A stretch of 64,000 nt of DNA from Bacilli bacterium (GTDB lineage: Bacteria > Bacillota_I > Bacilli_A > RF39 > UBA660): assembly GCA_017510225.1 (NCBI GenBank), contig JAFWNS010000006.1, positions 2,260 through 66,259 on the forward strand. The letters are read 5' to 3'. Made by a program: the position numbers and the translations under genes. Every line of letters starts with the position of its first letter. The first letter of the stretch is position 1. The notes under the pieces were generated by a model, which saw only the letters and a list, made by a program, of their open reading frames with translations, was not told the origin of the DNA and did no database searches. Shown one piece after another: positions 56,483-64,000 of this stretch.

Positions 56483-57202
56483 ATGAAAAAGAAAAAGAAT
56501 AAAAGTATTGAAATGAAAATATATGAAATGTTGGGTATTAAGAAGTTTAAGAAGTTTGTATTGTTTTTGAATGAATTAGGTGTATATCCTTTTACTAAAC
56601 ATATGACTAAGGAAGAAAGACGAGCTATGTTATGGAATAGTGGTGGTAACTATAACCTAGGAAAAGTCAACAGTGTAGAAGATGTTAAAAAATTTAAAAA
56701 ACAATTACTTTTTAATACAGGGATACATGTAGCAGGATTATTAATATGTGTATATCCTACTGTAGGAATAATCACAGGTGAAGCAGCTTTAGCTACAGAT
56801 ATTATAGTGCCTCCTTTAATAGTTTTAAATTCATATTGCATTATGTTACAAAGATATAATGATATTAGAATTAATAGGTTTATAAAGAAAATGGAACCAA
56901 GAAGTAAAAATGAAAAGGATGAAGTTAGTGATGAATTAAGAAAAGAAGATTCATTAATTCCTGAACATACTTATAAAATTATAAAAAAGAAAAATAAAGA
57001 AGAGAATATAACTCTTGATGAAGTAATTGATAATTCTAATATTGATGATCTTAAAAGATATCGTCAATATTTAGAAAGTTTTAGAAGAGGAAACGAGCCA
57101 ATTTGTGGTGATAAACACTATTATGATAATAGTGTTAGTATGCCAATGAAAAGAAATAAAACTCTTAGATTAGAATTAAATAATAATAAAAAAGATTACT
57201 AA
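56483..57202 (+). CDS. hypothetical membrane protein
   Basis: Start at ATG 56483 after GAGAGAGG. Two TM helices. The 3' end overlaps the convergent crp-family gene by 4 nt. Confidence 0.45.
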   Translation: MKKKKNKSIEMKIYEMLGIKKFKKFVLFLNELGVYPFTKHMTKEERRAMLWNSGGNYNLGKVNSVEDVKKFKKQLLFNTGIHVAGLLICVYPTVGIITGEAALATDIIVPPLIVLNSYCIMLQRYNDIRINRFIKKMEPRSKNEKDEVSDELRKEDSLIPEHTYKIIKKKNKEENITLDEVIDNSNIDDLKRYRQYLESFRRGNEPICGDKHYYDNSVSMPMKRNKTLRLELNNNKKDY

Positions 57203-57825
57203 TATAATAAAGTAATCTTTCTATTTATATCATTTATAAAGCCATCTTCTTTTAGATGTTTTAATTCTCTCATCATAGCACTTCTGTCAATTGCTAGATA
57301 GTCAGCTAGATCAGTATAAGTATATTCTAAGTCAAAAGACTTGGAATTTATTTTTTTTGTTTGTAATTCAAAGTAAGCAAGCAATTTATTTCTAATAGTT
57401 CTAGTAGTAAGTAATTCTATTCTTTCATTTCTTTTTACTAGTTTGTCTGTAATTAGACTTATTAAGTTATCTAAGAAGGATAATGCATTAATACTTGTTT
57501 GAGCTTTATTTATTAATTCATCATATGATACAAAAGTAACCTTACAATCGGATGTTGCGATAACTAATAATTCACTATTAGTAGAAGAATAAAACATATC
57601 AGAGAATATATCTCCACTATATAATTCCTCTACAATAGTTCTTTCTCCGTTGTAATCAAATCTAACTAAGTTAGCAGATCCCTCTTCTATGATTCCAATA
57701 ACATTTCTATCTCCTAAAGAGTAGGCAATAGTTTGATTATTTTTGTAAAAAATTGTATTAGACTGTAAAGTCGACAAAAATTTTTTTTCATCTAAATTTT
57801 CATAAATCCTAAGTTTTTCAAGCAT
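57199..57825 (-). CDS. Crp/Fnr-family transcriptional regulator
   Basis: N-terminal cNMP-binding beta-barrel. C-terminal HTH (YTDLADYLAIDRSAMMRELKHLKEDGFI). AAGGAGGG RBS. Confidence 0.8.
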   Translation of the reverse strand: MLEKLRIYENLDEKKFLSTLQSNTIFYKNNQTIAYSLGDRNVIGIIEEGSANLVRFDYNGERTIVEELYSGDIFSDMFYSSTNSELLVIATSDCKVTFVSYDELINKAQTSINALSFLDNLISLITDKLVKRNERIELLTTRTIRNKLLAYFELQTKKINSKSFDLEYTYTDLADYLAIDRSAMMRELKHLKEDGFINDINRKITLLY

Positions 57826-57868
57826 TTAAAAGCCCTCCTTTTTCTATAATTTAATTATAGTGTAAAAT

Positions 57869-57897
57869 TGTTGCAAATGCAACAGTTTTTTATTTTT
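57869..57897 (+). promoter_or_regulatory. hairpin plus T-run element (terminator or attenuator-like, or an operator palindrome) in the nrdD upstream region
   Basis: tgttgc-aaat-gcaaca perfect 6-4-6 inverted repeat, followed by gTTTTTTaTTTTT, 50 nt upstream of the nrdD ATG. Confidence 0.4.
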
Positions 57898-57947
57898 AAA
57901 TATTTTATGATGATAATGTAGAAAAAATAAGAGGAGAGGTAAATATT

Positions 57948-60071
57948 ATGAAAGTGATTAAAAGAGATGGTAAAAGTGTAGACTTTGATCCAGAAAAAAT
58001 TAGAGTCGCTATTAGTAAAGCTAATGATTGTGTTGCCGAAGACGATCGCATTACTGATAGACAAATTGAAAACATTATAAAATATGTAATGGGTTTAAAG
58101 AAAAGAAGAATGTTAGTCGAAGACATTCAAGATATTATTGAAGAGAAGTTAATGGCACTTAATAAGTATTCATTAGCTAGAGAGTATATTACGTATAGAT
58201 ATACAAGAGCATTAGTAAGAAAAGCTAATACTACTGATGAATCTATATTAAGTTTAATTAAAAATACAAATAAAGAGTTAGCTGAAGAAAACTCTAATAA
58301 GAGTACAGTTTTAGCTTCAACTCAAAGAGACTATATCGCAGGAGAAGTATCAAGAGACTTAACTCGTCGTATCTTACTTCCTGAGAAGATTAGTGAAGCA
58401 CATGATGAAGGTATTCTACATTTCCATGATGCAGATTATTTTGTACAACCAATATTTAATTGTTGTTTAATCAATATTGAAGATATGCTAGATAATGGAA
58501 TGGTTATGAATGGTAAAATGATTGAATCTCCAAAGAGTTTTCAAGTTGCCTGTACTGTAACTACTCAAATTATCGCCGCAGTTGCCTCTAACCAATATGG
58601 TGGACAATCTGTAGATGTATCTCATCTAGGTAAATACGTTAAAAAATCTAGAGATAAGTTTGTAAGAAATATTAAGAAAAATCATAAAGATTTAACTAAG
58701 AAACAAATTGAAGAACTTGCTGATGAAAGAGTTAAAGATGAAATTAAAGCAGGTGTTCAAACTATTCAATATCAAATAAATACATTAATGACTACTAATG
58801 GACAATCTCCATTTGTAACACTATTTATGCATTTAAAAGATGATGATAAATATATTAAAGAAAATGCTTTAATCTTTGAAGAAATATTAAGACAAAGATA
58901 TGAAGGTATTAAGAACGAAAAAGGAGTTTATGTTACTCCAGCTTTCCCTAAATTAGTATATGTTTTAGATGAAAACAATAACTTAAGTGGAGGAGAGTAT
59001 GATTACTTAACTAAACTTGCTATTAAATGTTCTGCTAAGAGAATGTATCCTGATTATATTAGTGCTAAGAAAATGCGTGAAAATTATGAAGGAAATGTTT
59101 TCAGTCCAATGGGATGTAGAAGTTTCTTATCTCCTTGGAAAGATAAAGATGGTAATTATAAATTTGAAGGTAGATTTAATCAAGGTGTTGTTTCTATTAA
59201 CTTACCTCAAGTTGGTATAGTTGCAGAAAAAGATGAAGATAAGTTCTGGAAGATCTTTGATGAGAGATTAGAGTTATGTAAGGAAGCTTTAATGTGTCGT
59301 CATGAAGCTTTACTTGGAACTTTAAGTGATACTTCACCAATTCACTGGCAATATGGAGCTATTGCTCGTCTTAAAAAAGGTGAAAAGATCGATAAATATT
59401 TAAATAGTACATATTCTACATTATCTTTAGGATATATTGGAATATATGAATTAACTAAATTAATAAAAGGTGTTTCTCATACTACTCCTGAAGGAGAAGA
59501 ATTTGCTATTAAAGTAATGAAACATATGAGAGAAAAATGTGATACTTGGAAGAAAGAAACAGGTTTAGGATTTGCTCTATATGGAACACCAGCTGAAAGT
59601 TTATGCTATCGTTTCGCAAGAATTGATAAAGAAAGATTTGGTACTATTAAAGATGTAACTGATAAAGGATACTATACTAATAGTTATCATGTTGATGTTC
59701 GTGAAAAGATTGATGCATTTACTAAGTTTAAATTTGAATCTCAATTCCAACCAATATCTTCTGGAGGATGTATATCATATGTAGAAGTTCCTAATATGGA
59801 ACACAACTTAAAAGCTATGGCTGATGTTGTTAAATTTATCTATGATAATATTCAATATGCAGAATTCAATACTAAATCAGATTTCTGTCATGAATGTGGA
59901 TTCTCTGGAGAAATTACAATCAATGAAGATTTAGAATGGGAATGCCCTAATTGTGGAAATAAAGATAAAAAGAAAATGAATGTCGCAAGACGTACTTGTG
60001 GATACCTAGGAGAAAACTTCTGGAATGTTGGTAAAACTAAGGAGATAAAAGCTAGAGTTACACATCTTTAG
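57948..60071 (+). CDS. nrdD: anaerobic ribonucleoside-triphosphate reductase (class III RNR)
   Basis: N-terminal ATP cone (VIKRDG). C-terminal Zn ribbon (CHECGF...CPNCG) and glycyl-radical region RRTCGYLG. Confidence 0.93.
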   Translation: MKVIKRDGKSVDFDPEKIRVAISKANDCVAEDDRITDRQIENIIKYVMGLKKRRMLVEDIQDIIEEKLMALNKYSLAREYITYRYTRALVRKANTTDESILSLIKNTNKELAEENSNKSTVLASTQRDYIAGEVSRDLTRRILLPEKISEAHDEGILHFHDADYFVQPIFNCCLINIEDMLDNGMVMNGKMIESPKSFQVACTVTTQIIAAVASNQYGGQSVDVSHLGKYVKKSRDKFVRNIKKNHKDLTKKQIEELADERVKDEIKAGVQTIQYQINTLMTTNGQSPFVTLFMHLKDDDKYIKENALIFEEILRQRYEGIKNEKGVYVTPAFPKLVYVLDENNNLSGGEYDYLTKLAIKCSAKRMYPDYISAKKMRENYEGNVFSPMGCRSFLSPWKDKDGNYKFEGRFNQGVVSINLPQVGIVAEKDEDKFWKIFDERLELCKEALMCRHEALLGTLSDTSPIHWQYGAIARLKKGEKIDKYLNSTYSTLSLGYIGIYELTKLIKGVSHTTPEGEEFAIKVMKHMREKCDTWKKETGLGFALYGTPAESLCYRFARIDKERFGTIKDVTDKGYYTNSYHVDVREKIDAFTKFKFESQFQPISSGGCISYVEVPNMEHNLKAMADVVKFIYDNIQYAEFNTKSDFCHECGFSGEITINEDLEWECPNCGNKDKKKMNVARRTCGYLGENFWNVGKTKEIKARVTHL

Positions 60072-60085
60072 GAGGTTAGGTTATT

Positions 60086-60634
60086 ATGCATTATGCTTCA
60101 ATAAAAGAATACGATATTGCTAACGGAGAGGGAATTAGAGTATCCCTTTTTGTTAGCGGCTGTCCACATGCTTGTCCAAATTGTTTTAACAAGGAAGCGT
60201 GGGACTATAATTACGGAGATAAATTTACTAAAAAAGAAGAAGATAAAATATTAAAAGCTTTAGATAAGGACTATATTGCTGGATTATCTCTTTTAGGAGG
60301 AGAACCAATGTGGCCTGCTAATCAAAAAGGAGTACTTCCATTACTTAAAAAAGTAAAGAAAAAATATCCAGATAAGAATATTTGGTGTTATACAGGATAT
60401 TTATTTGATAAAGAAATAATGGATGATATGTATAAGAAGAATGATTTTACTAAGGAGTTTTTATCTTATATAGATATTATGGTAGATGGAAGATTTGTAG
60501 AGAAGTTAAAAGATCCATCACTATATTTTAGAGGTAGTTCTAATCAAAGAGTAATTGATGTTCAGAAGAGTTTAGAAAATAACTGTGTAGAAGAGATTAA
60601 ATTTAAAAATGAAGGAGTTAAAAAACATGGCTAG
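60086..60634 (+). CDS. nrdG: anaerobic RNR activating protein (radical SAM)
   Basis: GEGIRVSLFVSGCPHACPNCFN is the NrdG Cys motif. Confidence 0.9.
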   Translation: MHYASIKEYDIANGEGIRVSLFVSGCPHACPNCFNKEAWDYNYGDKFTKKEEDKILKALDKDYIAGLSLLGGEPMWPANQKGVLPLLKKVKKKYPDKNIWCYTGYLFDKEIMDDMYKKNDFTKEFLSYIDIMVDGRFVEKLKDPSLYFRGSSNQRVIDVQKSLENNCVEEIKFKNEGVKKHG

Positions 60635-61082
60635 AAGATTTGAAGTAGTTAAAGGTTATGAAGATAAAGATATAAATTTACCAAAAAGAAGTACAGCTCA
60701 TTCTGCAGGATATGATATAGAAGCTGCTGAAGATTTAGTTATACCTAAATTTGTTCCAGGATCTAAACCAACTTTAGTACCTACAGGATTAAAAGTAGCT
60801 TGTGAAGATGATGAATGTGTATTACTTCTTAATAGAAGTAGTGGTCCTAAAAAAGGATTTATTCTTGCTAATAGTGTAGGTCTAATAGATCATGACTATT
60901 ATGGTAATCCTGATAATGATGGACATTTATTCTTTGCATACTTTAATTGTAGTGGAGAAGATATTAAAGTAAGTAAGGGAGATAAAATAGGTCAAGCAGT
61001 GTTTACTAAGTTTTTAGTAACAGATAATGATAATGCTACTGGTAGTAGAGAAGGTGGATTTGGTTCTACTGATGCTAAATAA
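60627..61082 (+). CDS. dut: dUTP diphosphatase (dCTP deaminase/dUTPase superfamily)
   Basis: AHSAGYD, RSSG and GLIDHDY motifs. Start at ATG 60627 (GAAGGAG RBS), overlapping the nrdG stop. Confidence 0.8.
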   Translation: MARRFEVVKGYEDKDINLPKRSTAHSAGYDIEAAEDLVIPKFVPGSKPTLVPTGLKVACEDDECVLLLNRSSGPKKGFILANSVGLIDHDYYGNPDNDGHLFFAYFNCSGEDIKVSKGDKIGQAVFTKFLVTDNDNATGSREGGFGSTDAK

Positions 61083-61094
61083 TAGGAGGGTATT

Positions 61095-61373
61095 ATGAGT
61101 TGTTGTAGATGTGCATATTTAAGTTATGAAGATAAAAAAGATGGAAAAATGAGAGGGGCAGTATATTTCTGTAAGAAGAAAAAGAAATATGTTAATGGTA
61201 ATGATAGTGCCTGTGACTATTATAGTAAAGACTATAGTAGAAAATCTCATGAAGTAAATGAAATATATGAAAATGGTAGAGATTATTATAATGATGAAAC
61301 TAATCCAACTATATATTTAGGTATCTTAGTAGTTCTTATTATTTTAGCTATCATTGTAAATTTAATTATGTAA
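61095..61373 (+). CDS. small Cys-rich protein with a C-terminal TM helix
   Basis: AGGAGGG RBS. CCRC...C...C pattern. Confidence 0.45.
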   Translation: MSCCRCAYLSYEDKKDGKMRGAVYFCKKKKKYVNGNDSACDYYSKDYSRKSHEVNEIYENGRDYYNDETNPTIYLGILVVLIILAIIVNLIM

Positions 61374-61375
61374 TA

Positions 61376-61403
61376 AAACAATTATTATTAATTGTTTTTT
61401 TTG
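61376..61403 (+). terminator. rho-independent terminator
   Basis: aacaatta / taattgtt hairpin followed by T8. Confidence 0.5.
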
Positions 61404-61449
61404 TGTTTTTTAGTAATTGTGTTATTATATAGGTGGTTGGGTGTATTTT

Positions 61450-62136
61450 ATGAAAAAGAATAAAAAAAGAAAGATTAATGAAAAAAAACTAGTAACTAAG
61501 TTTTTACTTTGTGTTATATACTTAGTCATAATAACATTACTATTTTATTGTTCTTATATTTTATTTGAACAAAAACATAATGTTTTATCATGGAGTGATG
61601 TTAAGACTGATGAAGATTATTCCTATATAGAAATATCTAGAATGTCTGAGAAGTTTGCTTATTATGAAAAAGCTAATAAACAGATACATTTTGTAATAGA
61701 AAAAGAAGATACAGGTGTATGGCATACTTATTTGATTGCGATTAGACCAGATGATTATAATAAGTATAAAAAAATAATTGATTATACATATGAGAGAACT
61801 AAAGAAGAACCAAAACCTAAAAAAGTATATGGATATCCAGTTATTATAGATAATAATTTAAAACAATTAGCTATTAAAAATATAAATAACTTTGTACCTA
61901 AAGAAAATGCAGTTAAGATTAATAATGATAATTTCAATGACTATTTAACTAATAGTTATTTAGATACTACTATTAAAAAGATAGATAAGTTTAGTTTCTA
62001 CTTATTTATAACATTTTTCTTAATGGCAGTAATGATTATATTATTTATATATACTTTGATTGCTAGAGAAGATAATAGTCTTAAACCATATAGAAAAGTC
62101 GCTAGTAAGATGAAAAAAATTAGGAATAAAAAATAA
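61450..62136 (+). CDS. hypothetical two-TM membrane protein
   Basis: Lys-rich N-terminus. TM helices near both ends. The start is uncertain (ATG 61450 or upstream GTG/TTG). Confidence 0.4.
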   Translation: MKKNKKRKINEKKLVTKFLLCVIYLVIITLLFYCSYILFEQKHNVLSWSDVKTDEDYSYIEISRMSEKFAYYEKANKQIHFVIEKEDTGVWHTYLIAIRPDDYNKYKKIIDYTYERTKEEPKPKKVYGYPVIIDNNLKQLAIKNINNFVPKENAVKINNDNFNDYLTNSYLDTTIKKIDKFSFYLFITFFLMAVMIILFIYTLIAREDNSLKPYRKVASKMKKIRNKK

Positions 62137-62203
62137 GGAGGTTTATTGATAAATCTTCTTTTTTTATATATAATAATATATAGAGATGATGGAAGGTGAA
62201 CAA

Positions 62204-63430
62204 ATGGAATTTGTACAAATAAAAGAAAGTGAATATAGAAAGTTTTGGGAGAATCATCCATTAAAGACATTTATTTCGGCACCAGAGATAGCTAAGTTAA
62301 GAGAAAAATCTGGATGGAAGTCTTATTTTGTAGGGTTAAAAGATAAAAATAAACTAATTGCCGCAACACTACTTGTATCTCATAAGAGACACTTTGGTAA
62401 ATTTGAATTTTATGCTCCTAGAGGTGTGTTAGTAGATTATAAAGATAAGAAAGTATTTAAATTATTTTTAGAAGAAATAAAGAAGTTTGTAAAAGAGAAT
62501 AATGGATATGTTTTTAGAATGGATCCATATATTATTTATAAAGAAAGAGATATAGATGGAAATATTGTAGAAGATGGTGCAGATAATAGTGATGTAGTTA
62601 AGTTCTTAAAAGATTTTGGTTTTAAACAAGTAAAAATTGATGATAGAGAACAAGTATCTTGGATGTTTTCTTTAGGTTTGGAAGGTAAAGATGAAGCTAC
62701 TATTTTAAAAGAGATGAAACCTAATACTAGAAATACTATTAGAAAAGCAGAAAAGATAGGTATAACTATTAAAGAATTAAAGTATGATGAATTAGATAAA
62801 TTTCAAAAAATTATGATAGAGACTGGAGAAAGAAAAAGTTTCTCAGTAAGAGATATATCATATTATCAAAATATGTTTAAATTATTTAATGATAAAGGTG
62901 AAGTTAAATACTTTATAACAGAATTAGATTTAAAGAAATATATTAAGAAATTAAAAGAAGATAAAAAAGTTAAAGAAGATAAATTTAATAGTTTAAGTGA
63001 TGCTAAATATAATAATGGACAAAAGAAGGGTCTTACTAATGAGATGAATGCTATTGATAAGAGAATTAATGATGCAGAAGAAATTAGAAAGAATGAAGGT
63101 ACTGATATAATTACTTTATCTGGTTCTATGTTTATAATTATTAAACCAGAGATTATATATTTATCTAGTGGTAATTATTCTAAGTTTATGAAGTTTAATT
63201 CACAATATTTACTACAATGGATGATGATTAAGTATGGTATAGAAAACGGATTTAAGAAGCATAATTTCTATGGTATACCTGCTGATATAAATACTCATCC
63301 TAAAGACTATGGTATATATGAGTTTAAAAGAGGTTTTAATGGTTATGTAGAAGAGTTAATAGGTGAGTTTGAACTTCCTATTACATGGCATTATAAATTA
63401 TTAAAACTAATACATAAGATAAAACATTAG
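62204..63430 (+). CDS. FemAB-family peptidoglycan interpeptide-bridge aminoacyltransferase
   Basis: FemX/FemA-type GNAT duplication with a central coiled-coil insert. SGWKSYFVG...FEFYAPRG motif. Start at ATG 62204, 4 nt after AGGTGA. Confidence 0.8.
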   Translation: MEFVQIKESEYRKFWENHPLKTFISAPEIAKLREKSGWKSYFVGLKDKNKLIAATLLVSHKRHFGKFEFYAPRGVLVDYKDKKVFKLFLEEIKKFVKENNGYVFRMDPYIIYKERDIDGNIVEDGADNSDVVKFLKDFGFKQVKIDDREQVSWMFSLGLEGKDEATILKEMKPNTRNTIRKAEKIGITIKELKYDELDKFQKIMIETGERKSFSVRDISYYQNMFKLFNDKGEVKYFITELDLKKYIKKLKEDKKVKEDKFNSLSDAKYNNGQKKGLTNEMNAIDKRINDAEEIRKNEGTDIITLSGSMFIIIKPEIIYLSSGNYSKFMKFNSQYLLQWMMIKYGIENGFKKHNFYGIPADINTHPKDYGIYEFKRGFNGYVEELIGEFELPITWHYKLLKLIHKIKH

Positions 63431-63438
63431 GAGTATTT

Positions 63439-63957
63439 ATGAAAGAAATAAAGAAGTTTTATAATGATATAAAAAAAATAAAGTATGGATGGTATGATAA
63501 GAAAGGTAATTTATATACCAATTTAAAAGATGGTAATTTTGTTAAGGATTATAGAAGACAAAAAACTAAAGATATTATAAATAATAAACATGCTATATGT
63601 TGGGAAATGTGTGAATTAGAAAGAAATTACTTTAAGAAAAGAAAAATAAAATATAAAACTATATTTGTATTATCTAGAGAAGATGGAAAATACTATTGTC
63701 ATACATTTCTAGTATTTAAACCACATAAGCATTATTATTATTTTGAAGCATCTTGGGATAAACATAAAGGAATACATAAGTATAATAGTTTAGAAGAAAT
63801 ATTAGAATTCTTTAAAAATAATTTTTCTGATTTTATAGGTAAAAAGAAATATGACAAAGATAAAATATATTTTTATGAATATAAAAAACCTTTGTTTATA
63901 AGAAAATGTAATCCATTTTATTTTTTCTGTATGCATAGTAAAAAGATTAATTATTGA
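63439..63957 (+). CDS. hypothetical small Cys/His-containing protein immediately downstream of femAB
   Basis: AGGAG RBS. AICWEMCELE...CHTFLVF...YYYFEAS could be a permuted papain-like or transglutaminase-like core. Confidence 0.4.
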   Translation: MKEIKKFYNDIKKIKYGWYDKKGNLYTNLKDGNFVKDYRRQKTKDIINNKHAICWEMCELERNYFKKRKIKYKTIFVLSREDGKYYCHTFLVFKPHKHYYYFEASWDKHKGIHKYNSLEEILEFFKNNFSDFIGKKKYDKDKIYFYEYKKPLFIRKCNPFYFFCMHSKKINY

Positions 63958-64000
63958 TTTATAATATTTGTGTGTTATAATATTAGACCCACAAGAAGGA

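Noticed and set aside
57826-57947. NrdR box upstream of nrdD
   Set aside because: The segment tagtgtaaaattgttg is not a good match to the palindromic NrdR consensus (acaCwAtATaTwGtgt). Only the separate TGTTGC-N4-GCAACA palindrome is reported.
1-64000. CRISPR arrays, rRNA/tRNA genes, IS elements or transposases
   Set aside because: No regularly spaced direct repeats with unique spacers were seen. No intergenic region is long enough, or structured appropriately, for tRNA or rRNA. No transposase or integrase-like ORFs are present.

Overview
This 64 kb window is very AT-rich (roughly 27-28% GC by eye). Almost every gene is on the + strand, as expected near a replication-oriented core region of a low-GC, spore-forming Firmicute (Clostridia-like). 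Sporulation markers are present (CotE, SpoVS, a CotD-like protein, YjcZ-like microproteins), and sortase and FemAB genes are present. Nearly all content is recognisable housekeeping. In order: the recA 3' end; rny; rnj on the minus strand; the SRP cluster ftsY-ylxM-ffh; a CotD-like gene; a permease; a transglutaminase-like protein; rpoZ; recX; prsA on the minus strand; a HIT hydrolase; sufCDSUB; an SsbB-like gene; pdp; a thioester-adhesin and sortase locus; vanY and dacF; spoVS; a T-box leader ahead of a DUF1653 gene and serS; miaB-ymcA-cotE; rpsP with the KH-protein gene; cdsA-rseP; priA-fmt-rlmN-stp-prkC-rsgA-rpe; tex; crp/fnr; nrdDG; dut; and femAB. I see no rRNA, tRNA, CRISPR array, transposase, integrase or obvious prophage. 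I did not find a convincing multi-gene defence or mobile system. The most unusual elements are these. (1) A self-contained cassette, with its own promoter and terminator, encoding a 767-aa HerA/FtsK-type ATPase with a long acidic tail carrying three KPL[VI]x[IL] motifs, inserted between ylxM and ffh in the otherwise conserved SRP operon. (2) A sortase locus with a thioester-domain (TQxAIW) adhesin and an adjacent paralogue in which the reactive Cys is replaced by Ser. (3) Two tandem YjcZ-like sporulation microprotein genes absent from the ORF track. (4) A half-size SufD. (5) A protein with three 93-nt tandem repeats. (6) A T-box-like leader ahead of DUF1653-serS. (7) A hairpin element upstream of nrdD. 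Many genes are individually bracketed by extended -10 promoters (TGnTATAAT) and AT-rich rho-independent terminators. All coordinates and motifs come from direct reading of the sequence; family assignments are by recognition of conserved motifs and should be confirmed by HMM or BLAST searches.
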